From Plasmodiophora brassicae (taxonomy: Eukaryota), in NCBI GenBank assembly GCA_036867785.1, contig CP145412.1, positions 992,001 to 1,056,000 of the forward strand: a DNA stretch of 64,000 bases. Direction: 5' to 3'. Below are positions 21,760-33,918 of this stretch, in pieces. The position numbers and the translations under genes are program-made. Position 1 is the stretch's first letter; the number at the start of each line of letters is the position of its first letter. The notes under the pieces are model-generated. The model saw only the letters and a list, made by a program, of their open reading frames with translations. It searched no databases and was not told the DNA's origin.

Positions 21760-22700
21760 GGAAGAGCCAAACAGCAGCAACAACCAAGATGTTGTGCATC
21801 ACGAGGCAAGTCTGGGTGACCTTGACCATAGTCTGTGTTGCTGAAGGACCATCAGCCTTCTTCTGGCTCATAACGTCCGTCTACATTCTGCGAAAGCGAT
21901 TCTTGACAAGGTACAACATGGCTTGATGACAATGCTTGTCTTCGAATACAGGTAGCTGTCGTGTGACTCTTCCGCCGTCAAACCGCCGTCGTCTGGATAC
22001 TCAGTCAGTAGCTGGTTCGTCAGCGCTTATCCAGCATCACCCATGCCGTGCACGCCAACGGGCAACGCCTGTACGACCGGGTTGCCGAACTGACCGTACG
22101 TCCAGGTGCTCTTGTCGTTGGTGCAGACTGGTCCCAGATAGCGCTACTGACTAAAACCACGGGCACTGATGGCCGTCATTGCACCACTCTGAACCGTGAT
22201 GACGCTCGAACTTGAACATCGACCCGTCAGCGAAGCAGCAATCCCGCAATCCACAGATAGCTCGGGACCAATCGGTAAGCAGCTGTCCGCCTTCACGTGT
22301 ACGAAGATGGTACGTAAACCAACCGCTTGGCAATGTGGTTGTTGATTACAGGAATCACACTCGTCAGACGAACCTTGTCGCAGACGCCTTGCTTATTCCA
22401 AACATGGATTCGACACTGGACACAGTGCCAGTACTCGCGAGGAAGTGCAACATCGCACCAACACAATCGGGCAGGAAGAATTCGGCGATCTCCGTGACCG
22501 GATCGTTCTCGGGATGCCAGTAGTATCTGACACGATCCTGACTATATCTGATCCAAAGGCGCTTTCGGGCTGCGCAAGCGCTGTTTAATCCATGCCTCAT
22601 CGTATGGCAACCACTGCAAGCCTGAGCGGCAGCAATGATCCCCACGATGCGCCAAAACCATTTGTGGTGCATCATCAGTCGCTGCGCAGCGCATGATAGG
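21760..22700 (-). mobile_element. Decayed PIF/Harbinger transposase (HARBI1/DDE_Tnp_4 type)
   Basis: HTH LHFLASTGTVSSVESMFGISKASATRFV, then GLRDCCFADGS, MGDAG*ALTNQLLTEYP...SYLYSKTSIVI, VKNRFRRM and TCLVMHNIL, interrupted by stops and frameshifts. Confidence 0.8.
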
Positions 22701-23040
22701 TTGGCAACCACGCTTATCCATGCGGACGCCGTCACCACTTTGTCCAAGGACTTATGTACTTCTGGTACGGACCCCCCGCTGCATGGTCCTAAAATAGGAG
22801 AACGGCGCGGCGCGCGTAACGCCCGGTGGCGGGTCGTTTGGGTGCGCGCCATCCCCATTCCGAGAGTGGTTGGGGAGGCGGGGGTCGTCCGTGTCGCCTG
22901 TGTGCAGCTGGCTGTGCGCTGCGCCACCCGCGTGGTTCCTGCGTTGTCGTTACAGACTGAGCCCGCGCGGAGCCCCGCCCGGCCGCGATTCGGAGCCCCG
23001 CCGGGCGCTGCACGTTCTATTTTGCTCTGTGGGGACAGCG

Positions 23041-24441
23041 ATGGCGGCGGCGCCGGCGTCCGACACCGTCTGCATCACGCCGCGCAGGAGCCTGCTGAAG
23101 TCGATCAAGAAGTTGTTCTGGTCGTCGGCGCCACCAGGAACGGCGCCGGCGATCCCGGAGAAACTGATGACGTCGCTGTCGATCACACCGCAATCGCCGA
23201 TCGCGAGCGCCACGCCCCAGAAACGGTCGGCGGCCGTAGAGAGGGCTCGCCGAAGATTGCTCAAAGAACAGGAATCGCCTCCATCGAAGGATTCCAATGC
23301 CTCTGACGCGGATTCTTCAGGTAGGAACGCGCATCTCGTGTCTCGGTGAGGTCCTGATACGCAACTGTCAGAGCAAGAAGTGCTATTCTCACCAGCAACG
23401 TGGCGTCACGACGACGAAGAGGAGAATAGCCGACATCGTCAGGCATCTGCTCACGAAGAGGAGCCAGAAGATTCCGGTTTGTCCATGCGGATCGGATGCT
23501 ACTGGGCCAGTGCTCATGAAAACGTATGTGCATCAGGTCACGCAATCGACCTCGGTGATGAAGAGTTCTGCCCGTACCGCTTCATAAAGCGGCTGCCGAG
23601 TGTCGAAGCTATAGCCATGTCGCGCCCTGTTAGCCTGCCAGATAAGGTTCCCGGGTTTGAGGACCGGATGACCCTTGTTCTCGACCTGGATGAGACATTG
23701 GTTCACTGCTCGATCGAGCCGCTTCCGAACAGCGAGATGACATTCCCCGTGCTTCACTGTGGACATGAGTACGATTCTTGAGCAATGTCGTTGGAGGCAT
23801 TGCGTTTACGGTTGTCGTTTCAGATATCAGGTGCACGTCCGGCGTCGCCCGTTCTTCAAGGAGTTCTGTGAAAAGGTTCGAGCAGGTGTGTTCGAAAGGT
23901 TAAGCGTACTGGATTTACGGTGGCTGGAATGCGTAGGTGTCCCAGTGGTTTGAAATCATTGTTTTCACTGCTTCGCAGCGGGTATATGCCGACCGGCTCC
24001 TCGATATTCTCGACCCGAAGGGGGTGTATTTTCAGCATCGCTTATTCCGGTGAGCACAGTCCGTCTATGTGTATGTCGTCGTTGCCCTTAGCTATGGCTG
24101 CTCTCAGTGACCATTGCCATCTTCATGAGGGCAACTATCTCAAGGACTTGCGAGTTCTGAATCGCGATTTGAGGAGGGTGGCTATTATCGGTTGGTGCAT
24201 CTGAAATGCCATGCCTGGTGATCCCTGATCGTTAGTTCTCCTATGAGCAGACAATTCTGTACAAGCTTTCGGCTTACATTTGGACAACGGGATACCAGTC
24301 GAGAGCTGGTTCAGCGAAGATTCGGACATGGAGCTCATACGTCTTCTTCCGTTCCTAGAAGGCCTGAAAGATGCCGCTGACGTGCGGCCGCATATTCGCA
24401 GGCGGTTCCGGTTGCACGAGGTTATCAGCAGCCTCGCATAG
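23041..24441 (+). CDS. CTD small phosphatase-like protein (FCP1/NIF HAD domain, SCP4/CTDSPL2-like)
   Basis: [62 protein letters not shown]. Multi-exon. Confidence 0.88.
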
Positions 24442-24724
24442 TATCCGCACGTTTCACTAAACGGAATCCATACTCTTTCGACAATTTCTGGCATTAAATT
24501 GAGGTATTCACCTCAGACACCCTGCTTCCTAGTCTGGTCTTGCGCTGGTACCAAGTACCCCGCTTTCTGGGGCTCGTCAAGGCGGAGGTTCGCACCCCGA
24601 AAGGCCAGCTCAGCATGTGAGAGAACCTGGCAGGAATCCCATGTGGTCACGTTGAATGAAACAGAGCGTATGGCGGCAGACAAGAGTGCGTATATGGATA
24701 TATGCACGGGATTCACGTGGGTTT

Positions 24725-26541
24725 CTACGCATCCTTCTCTTCACGTTGCATTGTTGCAACACGTTTGGTCTCAGCGTCTTCATCCCCCACAGCTTCAACC
24801 TGAAGCTTGCGTTTTTGCCCAACAATCGCACCAAGGTCGTTAACAGGTGCAGATGACGATGTCGAGCCATTGAACGCCGTCGTTGTAGATACAGGAGCAG
24901 CCGCATCCGCCATCACTGACTGGACCATTGACAAGATCTCGGTAGGCTGAATCGGCTCACTCGCCTCGATGTCCTATAGGAAACGTTTAGCGGGCAGATG
25001 CCTTATAGAGCAAAAAACAACCATACCTCAATCTTTTCTTGGATTTGCTCCATGAGTTCGATCAGGTCACGCAACTGGGACTTTTTCGGCACACCCACGC
25101 TCTCCAACTGACCTCGAACGGTGTCCACATCCAAACCTTGTACAGAAGCTTCCCCTTTGCCACCTTGGTCAGCGCCGGTTGTTCCCAGCAAAATCTGAGC
25201 ACACCTCGACAAGGACGACTTTGCCGACTGCAGATAGGAGCACAGTTCAGGGCGCAGATAAATTGGTTAAACGTGACGACTGACGGTGAAATGCTCGAGT
25301 GCCACGGGAGACTCGCCGGCAATTGACTTGCAAACAGCGATTTTGAAGTGAATAGAAGACAGGGAGCGACTAAGACTCAGAGACACAGATTCATCCGCGT
25401 CACTCTCCTGAGAACCAAGCACGTGTCAGAGCAAACTGAAATTCAGAGCAATGCGCCTTCTGCACATTGATAGATTTCAAGGTATTCAGGCAGGACGTAT
25501 AATCGGACATAGCGTCTCCATCGTTTTCCAGTGCCAGATCACCCAACCGGCTGTAACAGTCCGCCAGCCCCATCTGGGCAGAAACGGGCGATTCTCCCAT
25601 ACGACTGTAGATAACCCGTGCTCTAGACAAATACAGTCACTTTCTCAATTCATCCCATACGGAAACCTAACCAACGTCTCAATAAGCTCCCATGCGACCT
25701 GAAGATCCGTTGGTTCATCAGCGTCCGCCTCAATGTCTTCCTCTGCATCAGCCGCACCGCTTTCACACTCCTCTTCCTCCTAAACATGGCACCGTGAGTA
25801 CTAATCGACAAATTTGAAGGCAAAACGGTTCTTACCTCGTCTTCGGCTTCGGCAGGCTCCGTCTCGGGCTTCTCTGCAGTACCATCTATAGTAAGATCCT
25901 AGCCAGGTGGACTTAAACGAAAGGTTGGGTACCTCCACCACCTTCCTGCTGCTCTTTCGCAGCAGCGGCTTCGGCGGCTTTCTGTTTAATTACAGAGCCG
26001 AACACTTCGCTGCGCTGGCAGCATTGCTGCAAAACGGCATCACCGTAGTCAAAGTAGTACGATGCGCATTCGGGCGCCAGTTCATCACCGGTATTCTCAA
26101 TCTGACCAAAACGTCACTCAACGACACAATGCAGCAGCAGGTGAACATCAGCCATACCATAACCTGGAGTGCCTTGGCATGTAAGTCGATGACTGTCTCC
26201 CAGTCACCGCCCTTTTCAACCGCATCCCGGGCCATAGCAGACAGCTCCGTTGCCGATTTGCCTTCCGTGTCCAGCTTCTCCCCTGTACTGGCCTCCGCAT
26301 TCGTGTCCGCCATTTCCATCTTGCCGTCGACCGGCTTCTTCGTCTCGCCTTCGACTGTCTTTGTCGTCTTCTTGCCCGTCACTGCCGGCGATTTACCGTC
26401 GACCTCTTCCTGCGGCTTGCCGTCGATCGTTACTGCGTTGCACGACGCCTGGATCGCTTCGTCCGTGGCTGTCATCCCAACTCCGCCGACGTCGCTGCCA
26501 ACTGATGTGCGGGCCGGCAAAACATCCACCATGATAACCAT
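24725..26541 (-). CDS. NASP/Sim3-family histone chaperone (SHNi-TPR)
   Basis: Acidic interruption followed by DLQVAWELIET/ARVIY and LADCYSRLGDLALEND, and a basic C-terminal VGQKRK. Confidence 0.78.
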
Positions 26542-26742
26542 GCCGTCCTCGTCGTCACTAACCTATGTACATAGCACGCTTGACCAGTAGTTTTCCGGTG
26601 CCAGCGTGTCTAGCTGCTGTACTACAGGGAAGAAACCGCTTGCACAATGCGACGTGACCGTGAGCCGATGTATATGTCAAGCGATACAAGAAGGAACGAC
26701 TGAGTGCAGTGGGAGCTTTCGTGTATTTGTTGTGCTCAGCGA

Positions 26743-27219
26743 TCAGACGGGGCTGTTGCTGGGGTTGCTGGAGTTGCTGGATGAACTGCCGTTACCTCCG
26801 GACATGTCCTTCCTGTACTTGTGGGCGATGTACAGGACGAAGGCATCGATGGCAACTGCGAACGCTGACCACGTGCACCACGACACGTTCCGGGTCGAAA
26901 TCGACAGCATGCAGAACAGCGTGAATGACAGCATCAGACGAACGACACAGGTGATCAATGCGGTGAGTGCGGCGCGAGCGTCGTTTCGGAAGATGGTGAT
27001 GATGGAGGAGACGCCAAAGACAACGTTTAGAATGAACGCCGGTACGATGACTTCGACGAGAACGGCAGTAGCACTGTCGTACTGATGCGTGATCGACTTC
27101 CAACCGATCATCACGTACAGCATTACAATCAACGCGGACAGCAAGCTCCAACACCCGAAGATGCCAAGGGCAATCTTGGGCGGCACACAGAAACAGTACT
27201 TTCGGTCGTCGTTGGCCAT
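26743..27219 (-). CDS. Small 4-TM membrane protein
   Basis: Intronless 158-aa ORF with KYCFCVP at the N-terminus and four hydrophobic segments. Confidence 0.65.
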   Translation of the reverse strand: MANDDRKYCFCVPPKIALGIFGCWSLLSALIVMLYVMIGWKSITHQYDSATAVLVEVIVPAFILNVVFGVSSIITIFRNDARAALTALITCVVRLMLSFTLFCMLSISTRNVSWCTWSAFAVAIDAFVLYIAHKYRKDMSGGNGSSSSNSSNPSNSPV

Positions 27220-27640
27220 CTCGGCAGAACGTCGTTTGCTGTACCGGTAGCTTCGCGTACACTGCTGTGTGATTTGGAGCGTATTTTGATTTGTCTAACG
27301 GATCGTCAACGACAAACCACGGAAGAACGGAACCGTGACGTCCTACTCGGTACTGGTCAAGGCGTGGCGTGAGTCACGGCCGGATAGCATATACCCCACA
27401 AATAATGCCATGCAGGTCAGGCGCGGCTAGAGTCTCTGGAACCCTTCGGATCCTGTGCAAATCAAAACTGTTTCCATTATTGAACATGTGTGCATGGCTT
27501 CGGTCGGTTGGCGACACCACCCGGCGTCGTCGTCGGGCGACCGGTTCGTCAGCGCAGTGCACCGCGTGCGCTCGGTGCCCCCGCCTCGGCGACAATGTCG
27601 GACTGCGGTCGGGCGACCCTCCTGGCGCTGGTCGTCGACG

Positions 27641-28260
27641 CTATCGGGCCGTGATGCAGACGGGTATGAACTCGAGAATATCCAGCCGGACCCAGCCTCG
27701 TCGCGGACCTGAATGGCCTCGAGAAGCGAATCGAAACGTTATGGCGGCCTCAGCGCGCTCTTTGAAGTCGGGACGCACGAACTTGAATTCACCATCCGGG
27801 ACATTCTCGAGTTCATACTCGTCTGCATCGCGCTCGTCCTCGATGAACATATTGTGCAAGGTGACACACGCTTGGACCATCGTGATTATCGTATCGACGT
27901 CGAACAGACGGCACGGGTTGCTCAACATCTGGAAACGCTTCTTTGGCACATCGGACGGCCCGTTCGACGTCCTTGCGAATGGCTTCGTGCATCGCAGCGT
28001 AGAATTTCCGCTTGGGGCCTCGGGGCTGCTGAATGTACTGCAAGAAGCACTTCCAGCGCGGATATATACTATCCACTAGAAATTGTGCCATGTAATGCTC
28101 CTGCCCGGTCACATGGAATCTACAGTGCGGCCCAACTCCTTGCAGGAGATCGTTGACAAGAGGGGACCGGTCTACTACGTTACGTCGTTACTGAAGCCAG
28201 GTACACCAACGTAGGAATGCCAGATTCAGAGGTCCTCAGTAGCGACGGCTTCCATGACGG
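27641..28260 (-). mobile_element. Decayed PIF/Harbinger transposase (plant-transposon-protein type), C-terminal half
   Basis: MEAVATEDL*IWHSYVGVPGFSND, FLVDSIYPRW, HEAIRKDVERA, RFQMLSNPCR and ACVTLHNMFIEDER, with stops and frameshifts. Confidence 0.88.
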
Positions 28261-28554
28261 ATAATTTGCCATCATTCTTAGATATGTATGGTAATGAAAC
28301 ACAAGACTTTGAGTAGAGCAATACAGGCGCGCAATTCTAATATTGGGGGGAGGGGGGGAGGGGGCGTCTCACTCCTTTGCTCCTAAATCGGGGCCCAACC
28401 TCATCACTTCCTAGTGAGTAGATGCCCGATCAAGTTCATATCGGCGCCAATGCTCATGTTCGGCGTGATGCCCAGCCCCTTCCAGCGATTGTTCTCCCCG
28501 CCTGAAACTGTTTCAGGCCCTGACCTATCTAGGTGGCTGATGCGTCTTTGAGAA

Positions 28555-29150
28555 TTATCGAAGCCGAATTGCCTGAGCGACGACGAGCGTCGTATGGTCG
28601 TTGAGTTCCTGGTGACGGTGCAGTAGTACCCAGCAATCCCTGGGATGCTCCTCCACGGCGCCATCCAAACGGCCGCGAGAAAGTTCGGGTGCGATCGGAG
28701 ACGATCAGTGTAGTGTGTAAACGTGCACTGGGTAATCCGTCCAATGGAAAGCCCATGACGAAGGTTTCGTTTTTACAAAGAGGGTAGAAGGTCGTAGTCG
28801 AACGAGTTGCAGCCATTGCCATTCGTGCGACGAAGCGCGCTCATTGGAAGTTAATCTAGGCCATTCGACAATGATAATGAAAGCACATTACAGTACTTTG
28901 CTTCGGTAATGCGATCAGCAAATAGTATGATAGCCTCTCGGCACCAAGTCATTTCTACCTTGGGCCTGCACTGGCATGCCATAATCCACAATCAGTCGAT
29001 CACGGTCTGATGCTATGTGGTGTTCTTGCCCGTTCACGCGCGGACCAACTCCTTGTAGACGGTTGTTGACAGGAGCCAGGATGATACCGGACAACCCGAC
29101 TACGAACGATAATGAACAATGTGGCTCTTTCATTACTGTAAGGTCATGGA
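28555..29150 (+). mobile_element. Decayed Tc1/mariner (plant/oomycete DD39D-like) transposase remnant
   Basis: LSDDERRMVVEFL...LLHGAIQTAARKFGCDRR(T)ISVVCKR resembles the N-terminal HTH. NNVALSLL-KVM near 29115-29150 resembles the C-terminus. Heavily interrupted. Confidence 0.5.
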
Positions 29151-29166
29151 CAGCGGGATAAGACGA

Positions 29167-29811
29167 TCAGACGAGGGTGGTAGCGGCAGGGTAGCGAACG
29201 CGCTCCGCCGGTTGAACGTTGGCCGGTCGTTGCTTCAGCTTGGCAGTGACAATGGCACCGAGAATGATGGTCAGCGCCTGGAAGACGACCATGACGATGG
29301 CCAGGTTGCGGAGAGTCTTCGGGTGCTGCTTTCGAAGCTCGTTATAGTACTTGCCACGGCATTCATTCCATCCATGGCAGCCCCACTTCTGCTCCAATGC
29401 CTGGCGCTGGTCCTCCGGCATCCGGTCCCACATCTTCTCGGCAACTTCGTTCGCGTCGTTGCCGCCGTAGACGGCAAAGCACAGGATGGCGACTTCGAGA
29501 ACGAGCATCATTAGGGCCAGGCAGAATCCGAGTTTGATGGTCAGCCGCGAGCGGAACATGGACCCGACCAAGGCGATCGTCGACAGGACGAAGACAACGG
29601 CGCTGCACGCGATCGTAAGCCACATCAGCGTACGAGACTGATCCTTGTACTCTTCGGGCAGCTTCTGCCCGAGGACCTGGACCTCGTCCTCGTCCAGGTT
29701 CAGGTATCCCAGGTAGAGGATCCCGGCGGCCAGCAGTGCGGCCAGGAAGTTCATCAGCATGTACACATCGCGGGCGAAACCGCCCGATGGCGTCTTCATC
29801 AACATCACCAT
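29167..29811 (-). CDS. Tetraspanin-like protein
   Basis: Four TMs with tetraspanin spacing (LMNFLAALLAAGILYLG; IALVGSMFRSR; LVLEVAIL; VFQALTIILG). EC2 reads QALEQKWGCHGWNEC. Confidence 0.7.
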   Translation of the reverse strand: MVMLMKTPSGGFARDVYMLMNFLAALLAAGILYLGYLNLDEDEVQVLGQKLPEEYKDQSRTLMWLTIACSAVVFVLSTIALVGSMFRSRLTIKLGFCLALMMLVLEVAILCFAVYGGNDANEVAEKMWDRMPEDQRQALEQKWGCHGWNECRGKYYNELRKQHPKTLRNLAIVMVVFQALTIILGAIVTAKLKQRPANVQPAERVRYPAATTLV

Positions 29812-30306
29812 CGTATCGCTTGTCTTCTTGGAGATCGCAACGGAACGCGCACAGACAGCCAGATTCCCAAATGAAGCTGCACGGTGCAGCGTCGGGGACG
29901 GATTCCACTGGGGAGGCCGCGCCCTGCCTATTTTTGATTACCGAACGGCACTCACGCACAGTGCGTGGAGGGGTTGTTGACTGCCCTGAGTCCGTGACCG
30001 ACCCGAACTGCCGGCACAATGTCTAAATCCGTCTCGCTGAACGAACTTCTCCCGCCAGACTCGCAGTTTCGAACCGTCACGATAAGCCGCAGACTAAGAA
30101 ACGTTAGCAAATTGCCCCACAGAGTAGGACAAACGCCTTTGCGAACCTTCACACAGTCCATCGCCATTTGGCTTACAGCAGTAAGGGATCGACGGAGCGC
30201 CAGTTCGGCCACGTGCACAACGATCATCTATCCTTTGCAGGATAAGAGAGCAGGGCTCCTGAGTTCCACGGCTCAACACGAATCTCGGCCGATACGTAGT
30301 GACGTG

Positions 30307-30738
30307 ATGGCCGATGCCGACCAATGGATCCTTGTTGGACAGGATGTCGACGAGGAAGTAACGACGGCGACGCTGCCCAGTGGTCGTGGCATGTTTAGCG
30401 TGAGGAATCCGGACGTGTTCGGGCCTGGGTTCGTCCCAAAGCTGTTATTCCTCGTCAATGATGTCTTATGGATGTATCCGGTCGACAAGCGCGCCGACCT
30501 GCTGCCGCAGGAGGGCGATGCTGGTGTTAGCGTCGTCCGCAATACGGTTAGGCAGGCCGGGGAGTCCAGCATTACTGTGCGAAGCACCGATAGTGGCGAG
30601 TTCACGATTGATTTCGGCAGGAGCAGCACGCGATACGCCTGGTGGAAGGAGATCCAACTTCGTCGAGCGGAGACCGATCGCAGATGGATCTATACGGCCC
30701 CCCGTGCCACTAGCGAACATCGAGTAAAACGGCGTTAA
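30307..30738 (+). CDS. Small PH-like domain protein
   Basis: Beta-rich 143-aa ORF ending in the PH-type helix STRYAWWKEIQ. Confidence 0.45.
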   Translation: MADADQWILVGQDVDEEVTTATLPSGRGMFSVRNPDVFGPGFVPKLLFLVNDVLWMYPVDKRADLLPQEGDAGVSVVRNTVRQAGESSITVRSTDSGEFTIDFGRSSTRYAWWKEIQLRRAETDRRWIYTAPRATSEHRVKRR

Positions 30739-30868
30739 GTATTCGAGACGCTGATACTCTGGCGTCACGCCCTCCTTCATGATGTAAATGCACATCGTAT
30801 TTATGTAGTGAGTCATGGGTAGATAGATGCCTGGCATAAGTCTGCACGAGCGTGGGCATGCAGAAGCG

Positions 30869-31707
30869 TTAGCCAAAGAATGCGTCCTCTGCACAGCAGT
30901 GAATTCAGCGTTTACAGCTCGGCAACTACCCGCCGAAGTCGTACCGAGATACAGAAGCCGTTTGATGGCACGAAGGTCGTGGAACTCGCCGAACTGGGCG
31001 AGAATGTTAGCAACATGGTCATCAGATGCCCCGGCTCGAAGCTGGGTCGTCGCCTGATTCAGGAGCGGTTCGCCGAGCGTCCCGGCCACCAGCGATCTCG
31101 TCTCCTCCATCTCCTTGATCAGGTCCGCCCTGCTGACCGCTCCTTCCTCGCCGACGGAACCGTCCCCTGCCTCCGACAGCGGCTCTCTCGTCTGCTTCGC
31201 AACGATGAATTCGACATTGATCTGCCTCGGTGTCCCCGCCAGGCTCCTTCGTAGTTCCTTACGTGCGTTCTGGAACTTTGCCGATGGCGTTGACTGTTGT
31301 GCACTACCAGGGCGAGCGGAGTGTTCGCCATCAGCGACTTGCGCGATCGAACGCCTCCCTGATCTCAGCTCCTTTAGGTTCCGATGGTGCTCCAGGATCC
31401 TCCTCCGGTTGTCTTCGGCCTCCTGGGCGCGTTGCTGTTCGCGGGCCTTGACCCTGGCTTTGCGCGCAAGCCCTTCTGGGGTTTCACAATGAACTGGAAT
31501 GATCGTCGATCGAGGTTGCCGTCGAGGGGTGGCTGCTTCCCCCGGTACCGAAAAGGGTGCTGGCACGAGCCGAGCAGGTGGTCGGCGGCTTGACGATGGG
31601 GACGAGGCCGGCGAAGGTGTCGCCTGCATGGAGTCCCAGGTCGCTTGCAGGGTATCCAACCGGGCTTGCGTCTGGACCAACCATTCCTCAGTCGTGGCCG
31701 TCTCCAT
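30869..31707 (-). CDS. Hypothetical coiled-coil/low-complexity protein
   Basis: Long ORF from METATTEEW. A probable final intron (~30889-30944) gives the ending YLEDAFFG*. Confidence 0.55.
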
Positions 31708-31969
31708 TTCAAACAGACGGCAAACGAGCGATAGGGGTCGCCCGTCGCCCACTGTGGGACGATCTCCTGGCGCAGTCAGTGTGGACTGGCTGCTCCAGTG
31801 CCCCCACCACAGTTCTACCGCAGGACACCCGAATCTGAGTAGTAACACATGGATAACGATCATTTATGAATGGAATCGGGTAGGGAGAAGACGTGACTGC
31901 ATATGACTTCAGTGTGCAATTATTGCGAATTGAATCCGACCGACTCGCAGGCCGAGAGATGGCCACAGA

Positions 31970-33035
31970 TCAGTCGCAGAAATACGGGTACACCTTGAAG
32001 TCATCATAGAGTATTTCGCCACTCTCATCCTGAACAGAACCCCTGGTAAGCCCACTCGTTTAGAACGCAAGCAAACCGTACGTAATGCAATCGGTGGTAG
32101 CAGAGTGAGCAGAAGAAGAATGGACTAGTCGGAGCCAAACGATCTTCGTAGGCGACGAACACAGCAGCTTCCATATCGCATACGTCGCAACGTCGCCGCT
32201 TCTCCCTTGCTAGTGCGGTCTGCATCGGATAGGCGAAACGATTTCGAACGTCGTCCTGTGCGACCAACGAGATATCGGTGAAGATGATCGCATGGCGGCA
32301 CCCGCCCAGGTGAACAAAGTGATAAACAGAGCCGGGGCGTATCGGTAGACTGGACAGCGATGCGGACCCCAGCGGTTGCTGTTCATCATTTTGAAGAGAG
32401 TAGGAACCGGACGTGTACAGTTTGTCTTCAATCAGGAAGTGCGATCCAGGGAGAAGCGATTCGATCCCAGGTGCATCGGCTTCGACCTGGCAATGAATCA
32501 ATTTAGCCGCATCCCCCAGAGTGTTGCTGCCTAGCAAGGCAAGCGTTTGGACAGGGTTCGAGGCCGACTGGTGCGAAGCTTGAAAGACGGTCAGTGTGAG
32601 GACAACGTCGCGATGTATCCCGATTTCATCAACACCAAATGATTCCCTACACCGCTCTTCGTGCGCCCGAAGTTGCGAGGGCCCAATCCAATTTCGAATT
32701 CGTGGGACGTCGAACGCGCTTCGCCTCGCCTGCGTCCGCTGCCGTTGCCTGCGTTTCCGCAACGGCAGGAAACGACCCTCGATCTCATCAACATTCGGCA
32801 TCGGTTCCGAAATCGTCCGATCGTCCAGCCGGGCGCGAATCGCCTGCTCTACGATGTCGTATATGGGCGGACAAACTATCCCAGTTATATCTGGCAGCGG
32901 CACGTCGCCGGACGGCGCAATGTTGTCGACGGCCGCGGCGAATACTGCATACTCGCCAGGTAAGTCGCTCAGCTGAGGATGCCCGCTCTGTCTTGCACGC
33001 CGCAGGTCGGCAGCGGCCACCCGGCGCTTCGACAT
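31970..33035 (-). CDS. SNAPC3: snRNA-activating protein complex subunit 3 (SNAP50)
   Basis: LGSNTLGD, HFLIEDKLY, YHFVHLGGCRHAIIFTDI, CDVC...DRLAPTSPFFFCSLCYHRLHY, and last exon DESGEILYDDFKVYPY. Confidence 0.9.
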
Positions 33036-33179
33036 GACAGCGCGGGAGTCCAGCAAAATACGTAGACTGCCTACCGTTGACGCCAGCCAGATCCGTTTCC
33101 TGGCGACTTTTTTGGCGGGTTTCCAATCTTGTGACCAATTTTCAATGACCGACCTTGGCATTACCGTGTGGTCGCCTTG

Positions 33180-33763
33180 GGAACGTATGAGTCTGCTGTC
33201 GTTGTACTTGCCTGTGAGGTCTGCGTCAAGGTCATGTACGGAGAGAGTACCTATATCTTAGCGTCCACACGTCCATTGCAAGTTGCCTGTCCGGCCGATC
33301 CGTCGTATGATCGCTCTGGGATGTTCCTATCTTCGCCATCAGCAATGGCCGCGTTCCTCCTAACCGTTTCGCTCTGTGCTGAGGCGTCGGCAGGCGGTGT
33401 CTGTCTTCTGGCGGCAATGTCTCCTAACGCGGTTGTGGTTGGGGGACTGCTGAGCGCTTCACCACCCCGAGATTTCCTTCTAATTTATTCAACTATGCCG
33501 AGCTTTTCTCGCTGGCTCTTCTATATATCATTCTTCTGTGATGCAATCCTCTCCTACACGGCCGGTGAGGTGTCCGCATGAGGCAACCTGACATCGACTG
33601 CAATGGAGAAACATCAACTCTCGATGACGCGATGCTGTTCTCCCCCAGTATGTGTCAATCCGGGCAGCCAGTGGACATACATTGGCGATCTCGTTACTGT
33701 TTCCCTATCCGTGTCCTCGTCATCGTTGCCCTGAAACGCATTATTAAGCACGTCCAGCGCTGA
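33180..33763 (+). pseudogene. ABCG (White-family) transporter membrane-domain fragment, degenerate
   Basis: FLLIYSTMPSFSRWLFYISFF and VLVIVALKR resemble the ABC2 membrane C-terminus. No NBD, frames are broken, and there is no room upstream. Confidence 0.5.
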
Positions 33764-33918
33764 AATATTCCGACAAGCGTAAGTCAGTAATACTTTGATA
33801 GTTCGTACCCTCACCGTAAGCATCGACTGGCTCCATAGTCACGTGTGCGGTTGATGTTGGAGAGGATCGAGGATGACGAGTCACAGGTGGATTGCGCATG
33901 ATTATTGGCTGTGTGGAC

